Source of the DNA: Minisyncoccota bacterium
Lineage (GTDB): Bacteria > Patescibacteriota > Minisyncoccia > Phycocordibacterales > UBA1550
Direction: 5' to 3'
NCBI GenBank assembly: GCA_023229865.1
Contig: JALNYL010000006.1
Location: forward strand, 5,597-69,596
Length of the DNA stretch: 64,000 bases
Made by a program: the position numbers and the translations under genes. The notes below the pieces were generated by a model that saw only the letters and a program-made list of their open reading frames with translations, searched no databases and was not told the origin of the DNA. Below are positions 60,341 through 64,000 of this stretch, piece after piece. Position 1 is the first letter of the stretch. Every line of letters starts with the position of its first letter.

Positions 60341-60889
60341 ATGAAAAAGTTTCTCACTGCTGGCAAATTTTTCTTTGCCGTCTTCTGCGCTATCTTTTTG
60401 ATGGCGGGTAAAAGTTATGCTGGCTGGCATGAATTGGCTCAATCTGACAGGAATCAACGTATTGTTGCTCAAGCGCAACACGACCTCTACTTGGTTGGGG
60501 GTGAGTGCAAGGTGTGGGCTTATGATGTGGTGCGCGTAGCTTCGAATCAGGCTGGTGGTTCAGGGGTGCCGGTTCCCCTCCCTGCTACGGATAACGGGGG
60601 GTACGGCTACGCTTGGCTCTATAGCAGTAACGTTTTTTCGTACGGAGCCCTCAATCCTAGCCAGATGGTCCCCGGCATGATCGTTCAGATGCGAGTTCGT
60701 TACGCCAATGGCACCTATGGGCCACATACGGCCATTGTGTTTGCGAATTCAGCGTCTGCGCACCAGCTCACCTTTATCGAGAGTAATTATCAAGGTGACT
60801 ACACGGTGCGAATGCGAAATGTTTACTGGACTGATTTCACGGCGTCAGTAGAGCCAACGAGTCACTATACGGTGTACACCATAAAATAA
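60341..60889 (+). CDS. Secreted CHAP/NlpC-like cysteine hydrolase
   Basis: Signal peptide; GGECK...HTAIV...IESNY. Confidence 0.7.
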   Translation: MKKFLTAGKFFFAVFCAIFLMAGKSYAGWHELAQSDRNQRIVAQAQHDLYLVGGECKVWAYDVVRVASNQAGGSGVPVPLPATDNGGYGYAWLYSSNVFSYGALNPSQMVPGMIVQMRVRYANGTYGPHTAIVFANSASAHQLTFIESNYQGDYTVRMRNVYWTDFTASVEPTSHYTVYTIK

Positions 60890-60965
60890 AGCATCCAAGC
60901 TTATTTGTATCTTTGTGATACAATGGACAGTGTAGAAACTGTCCATTTTTTATTTTTAAATTTTT

Positions 60966-61538
60966 ATGAAAAAGTATTCTCAGCTCCTAATTTTAATAAC
61001 AGCATTATTGTTCGCGTTTTCTTTATTTTTTTTATATAACAATATTAAAACAACAAAGAGAGTAGATACTGGCTGGGCGCGATATGCTAATACAGAGCTT
61101 GGCTTCTCGTTTGAGTATCCTTTTAATGAGATTAGTCCAACCCCTGATCAATCTTATGGAAACTTTGTCGTGCGGTTGGATAGTAACTCTCGCAATCCAG
61201 AGAAAAGCCTCCCAGCCGTTAGTTCTAAAATTGTTGTTATTAGCCCGATACCAGATGTCCCAGTAGGGGTGGTGTCTGTGGATGATTGGATTAATCTGAT
61301 TTCAGAAAGGAGCAAGACTAGTGTTGGGGGTAATCCATTTACTAATTTAAGATATGAAGTAATGGGCAAAAAAAGAGTAGCAATTTTTTCCCCTTCAGAA
61401 AGAGGAGCTTCTTCAGACGTGTCCATCTTGTTTTTTTACAATAAACAGCTGTATTCTTTTGTGATTAGTAATTTCCCAGTAGAAGAAACTGAGCGGATTT
61501 GGAAAAGTTTTAAATTTTTGAACAATAGTGATTTGTAA
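60966..61538 (+). CDS. PsbP-like membrane-anchored protein
   Basis: TM, W..Y.N...GFSFEYP, and C-terminal I..SFKF. Confidence 0.65.
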   Translation: MKKYSQLLILITALLFAFSLFFLYNNIKTTKRVDTGWARYANTELGFSFEYPFNEISPTPDQSYGNFVVRLDSNSRNPEKSLPAVSSKIVVISPIPDVPVGVVSVDDWINLISERSKTSVGGNPFTNLRYEVMGKKRVAIFSPSERGASSDVSILFFYNKQLYSFVISNFPVEETERIWKSFKFLNNSDL

Positions 61539-61600
61539 TTCATTTAAACATCTAGTAATATCATCGCCAGTATATTGATAGATGTGTCCAGGAGGTAATA

Positions 61601-62044
61601 ATGTTCTTTAGAATTTTTATTGTATTTGCAATTCTTCTTTTTGTTTTTAGCGGTGTTAATTTGGTGACAGATGAAGATGAACCCCCGATTTCTTTTAAGC
61701 AAGAAATAGTTCAAGTTGCGCCACGGCAGAACGAGCTGGCAAAAGTAAAAGATGAATGTAAAAGTTTCATGGCGACCCGCTCTGGTAAAGTTTGTGTTTC
61801 GTCTGGTGTGAGCCCACAAAACGAAAAGGACCTTCCCGCTAATTCTTCAACTGCAGGAATCGTACCTAGTGGAAGCGAACCTCTTTTGCAGGGGTCCTCC
61901 GAGAATCCTACTATTGATAGTACCTCTTTTAAGGAAGGGGTTGAGCCAGAAACTATTACCGAGAGAGAAAATCCAAAGATTGAACCCGGGACAATTTTTA
62001 TTCCATTTTATTACAAAAACTGCGGTTTGTTTTGCAAGCAATAA
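61601..62044 (+). CDS. Hypothetical exported protein
   Basis: N-terminal TM; low-complexity body. Confidence 0.5.
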   Translation: MFFRIFIVFAILLFVFSGVNLVTDEDEPPISFKQEIVQVAPRQNELAKVKDECKSFMATRSGKVCVSSGVSPQNEKDLPANSSTAGIVPSGSEPLLQGSSENPTIDSTSFKEGVEPETITERENPKIEPGTIFIPFYYKNCGLFCKQ

Positions 62045-62252
62045 AACATTTAACCCTTGATGGCCTTAGAAAGACGTCGAGGGTTTATTTTTTGGGTCGG
62101 GGACGGTGGGGGATGCCGCAGACGAGGAATAATCTTGCCTTTTGAGGCACTTTCTGGTAAACTCAACATCTAAATAAGGAACAAGTAGATAAGGCTATGA
62201 GTGTCTTCTTGTACTTTTTAAACATTTAAAACCTAGCCAAAATAATATAATA

Positions 62253-62948
62253 ATGACAAAAACAGTAGACAACCAGCTTATTACCGAAATGTTTGCCGCA
62301 GGCGCGCATTTCGGCTACACACGTTCACGCCGTCACCCATCAGTAAAGCCATTTATTTTCGGTACCAAAAACGGTATTGAGATTATGGATCTCGAGAAGA
62401 CAAGCGTTGAACTCGAGAAGGCGAAGGAGTTTGTAAAGACACTCGCCAAGGGTGGGAAGCAGATTCTTTTTGTAGGAACGAAGAGTGAATCAAAAAAGGT
62501 TGTTGAAGACGGCGCCGCATCTATCGATATGCCGTTCGTTGTAGAGCGTTGGGTAGGTGGTGTCCTCACCAACTTCCCTGAGATCAAGAAGCGCGTCGCA
62601 CTCCTTGAGGACCTCCGCGCCAAGAAGGAAAAAGGCGAGCTCGCTATGTACACCAAGAAAGAGCGTTCACTTATCGACAAGGATATTGAGCGCCTTGAGA
62701 GAAACTTCGCCGGCGTTGTTTCAATGAAGGATGTTCCTGCTGCTCTCTTTGTTATCGACCCTCGTAAAGAAGCTATCGCTATCAAAGAAGCACAGTTCCT
62801 CAATATTCCTATTATCGCTCTTGCAAGTTCAGACTGTAATTTGAAGGAAGTTGACTTTGCCATCCCTGGCAACGACTCAGCTGTTTCAAGTGTTAGTTTC
62901 TTTGTGAATCAGATTACAAAGGCTTTCAAGGATGGACGTAACGCGTAA
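62253..62948 (+). CDS. rpsB: 30S ribosomal protein S2
   Basis: AGAHFG, ILFVGTK, RWVGG.LTN, IPGND. Confidence 0.98.
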   Translation: MTKTVDNQLITEMFAAGAHFGYTRSRRHPSVKPFIFGTKNGIEIMDLEKTSVELEKAKEFVKTLAKGGKQILFVGTKSESKKVVEDGAASIDMPFVVERWVGGVLTNFPEIKKRVALLEDLRAKKEKGELAMYTKKERSLIDKDIERLERNFAGVVSMKDVPAALFVIDPRKEAIAIKEAQFLNIPIIALASSDCNLKEVDFAIPGNDSAVSSVSFFVNQITKAFKDGRNA

Positions 62949-62981
62949 GTTTGCTTTTAACCTTTAGACTATATATTTACT

Positions 62982-63443
62982 ATGGCTACTATTACTACAG
63001 AACAAATCAAAGAATTGCGTGAATTGACGGGTATCTCTGTTATGCAGTGTAAGAAGGCGCTCGAAGAAGCCGACGGCGACAAAGAGAAGGCGCTTCTTGT
63101 TCTCCGTGAGAGAAGTGAGGCTATTGCAGAAAAGAAAGGCGACCGTGAACTCGGCGCGGGTGTTGTCGATGCATATATCCACAGCACAAAGATGATGGGA
63201 TCTCTCATCGAGCTTTCTTGTGAGACTGACTTCGTTGCACGCAACGAGGAATTCATTGGAATCGCACGTGATATTGCTATGCATATTACCGCGGTTGGGC
63301 CTGCTGATGTTGCAGAGCTCCTCGAGCAGCCATTCATCAAGAATCCAGAGATCACTATCAAGCAGGTTCTTGACGGTGGTGTACAGAAGTTTGGTGAGAA
63401 GATCGCTGTTTCTCGCTTCACACGTTTCGCAGTAGGGGAATAG
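62982..63443 (+). CDS. tsf: Elongation factor Ts (short form)
   Basis: IKELRELTG..CKKAL, CETDFVA. Confidence 0.97.
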   Translation: MATITTEQIKELRELTGISVMQCKKALEEADGDKEKALLVLRERSEAIAEKKGDRELGAGVVDAYIHSTKMMGSLIELSCETDFVARNEEFIGIARDIAMHITAVGPADVAELLEQPFIKNPEITIKQVLDGGVQKFGEKIAVSRFTRFAVGE

Positions 63444-63522
63444 TGGAATAGTAGTTAGTCACGAGCGATTAGGACGCAAATGGGTTCCTATTAGCTATTG
63501 GCTAGCAACTAACATCTAGTCT

Positions 63523-63915
63523 ATGACTGTCATCATTACATTATTTTATCTTTCCCTTGTAACCATTATCGGAATGGTCGCGTGGAAACTTGTGTCTCTG
63601 CGCAACCTCAAGCTCTCGCTTGTGGAAGGTGTTGAGAAAGAGCTCCATGGTAAGCTCTATGAAAATATTCACCGTGCGTGGTATTTGTTTAAGGAGAAGG
63701 TGTGGGCAAGGGTAAAATATTTTTCATTGGCACTTTTCTTTACGATCGCTCACGAAGTCCTTCATTATGTAGGGGTGTGGGGGATGAAGCTCAAGCAGCG
63801 CCACGGGAAGTGGTTTGATATGGTGGAGGGCAAGGGGGTGCTTCGCAAAAAGGGTTCCGTTTCATTTTTCCTTCAAGATGTGGCGGAATACAAAAAGACG
63901 TTGAAAAGGAAATAA
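63523..63915 (+). CDS. Hypothetical membrane protein
   Basis: N-terminal TM; SFFL motif near the C-terminus. Confidence 0.6.
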   Translation: MTVIITLFYLSLVTIIGMVAWKLVSLRNLKLSLVEGVEKELHGKLYENIHRAWYLFKEKVWARVKYFSLALFFTIAHEVLHYVGVWGMKLKQRHGKWFDMVEGKGVLRKKGSVSFFLQDVAEYKKTLKRK

Positions 63916-63982
63916 AAAGGGGACTGGCAGAAAAAGTTTGAGTATGCTATCTTATTAAAACTGTTTGAAGGTTAAACAGTGT

Positions 63983-64000
63983 GCCAGAATAGCTCAGTTG
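63983..64000 (+). tRNA. 5' part of a tRNA cut by the window edge
   Basis: GCCAGAATAGCTCAGTTG acceptor and D-arm start; anticodon not visible. Confidence 0.6.

Noticed and set aside
24190-64000. Alternative genetic code 25 (UGA=Gly)
   Set aside because: Core genes translate full length under code 11 with no in-frame TGA.

Overview
The window has two parts. (1) About 1-23.9 kb is the right-hand part of a genomic island. It carries an ABC/AAA (RloC-like) ATPase, a large serine recombinase read in frame through an apparently intact attP into an XRE HTH, and two VirD4/TraD-like ATPases. Its cargo includes a radical SAM/SPASM enzyme with an unannotated 59-aa Cys-containing precursor peptide, a signal-peptide mini-RHS toxin module, a secreted nuclease operon, and Betaproteobacteria-like radC, ihfB and a pepN 3' fragment. 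It ends at a tRNA-3'-like remnant near 23,921-23,929. (2) About 24-64 kb is core chromosome of a reduced-genome bacterium that looks like Patescibacteria/CPR (Parcubacteria-like, genetic code 11): valS, tsaD, prmC, ftsA/ftsZ, ybeY, hisS, lepB, pth, rnj, secG, lemA/htpX, rpmE, prfA, rpsB, tsf, six complete tRNAs and one partial tRNA. The strongest novelty candidates are a covarying two-hairpin non-coding element sitting between antisense and sense copies of tRNA 3' ends, the att-dependent integrase-HTH fusion, a possible CPR-host shuttle island, and the RiPP and mini-RHS modules. All family assignments come from motif recognition by eye; no database searches were run.
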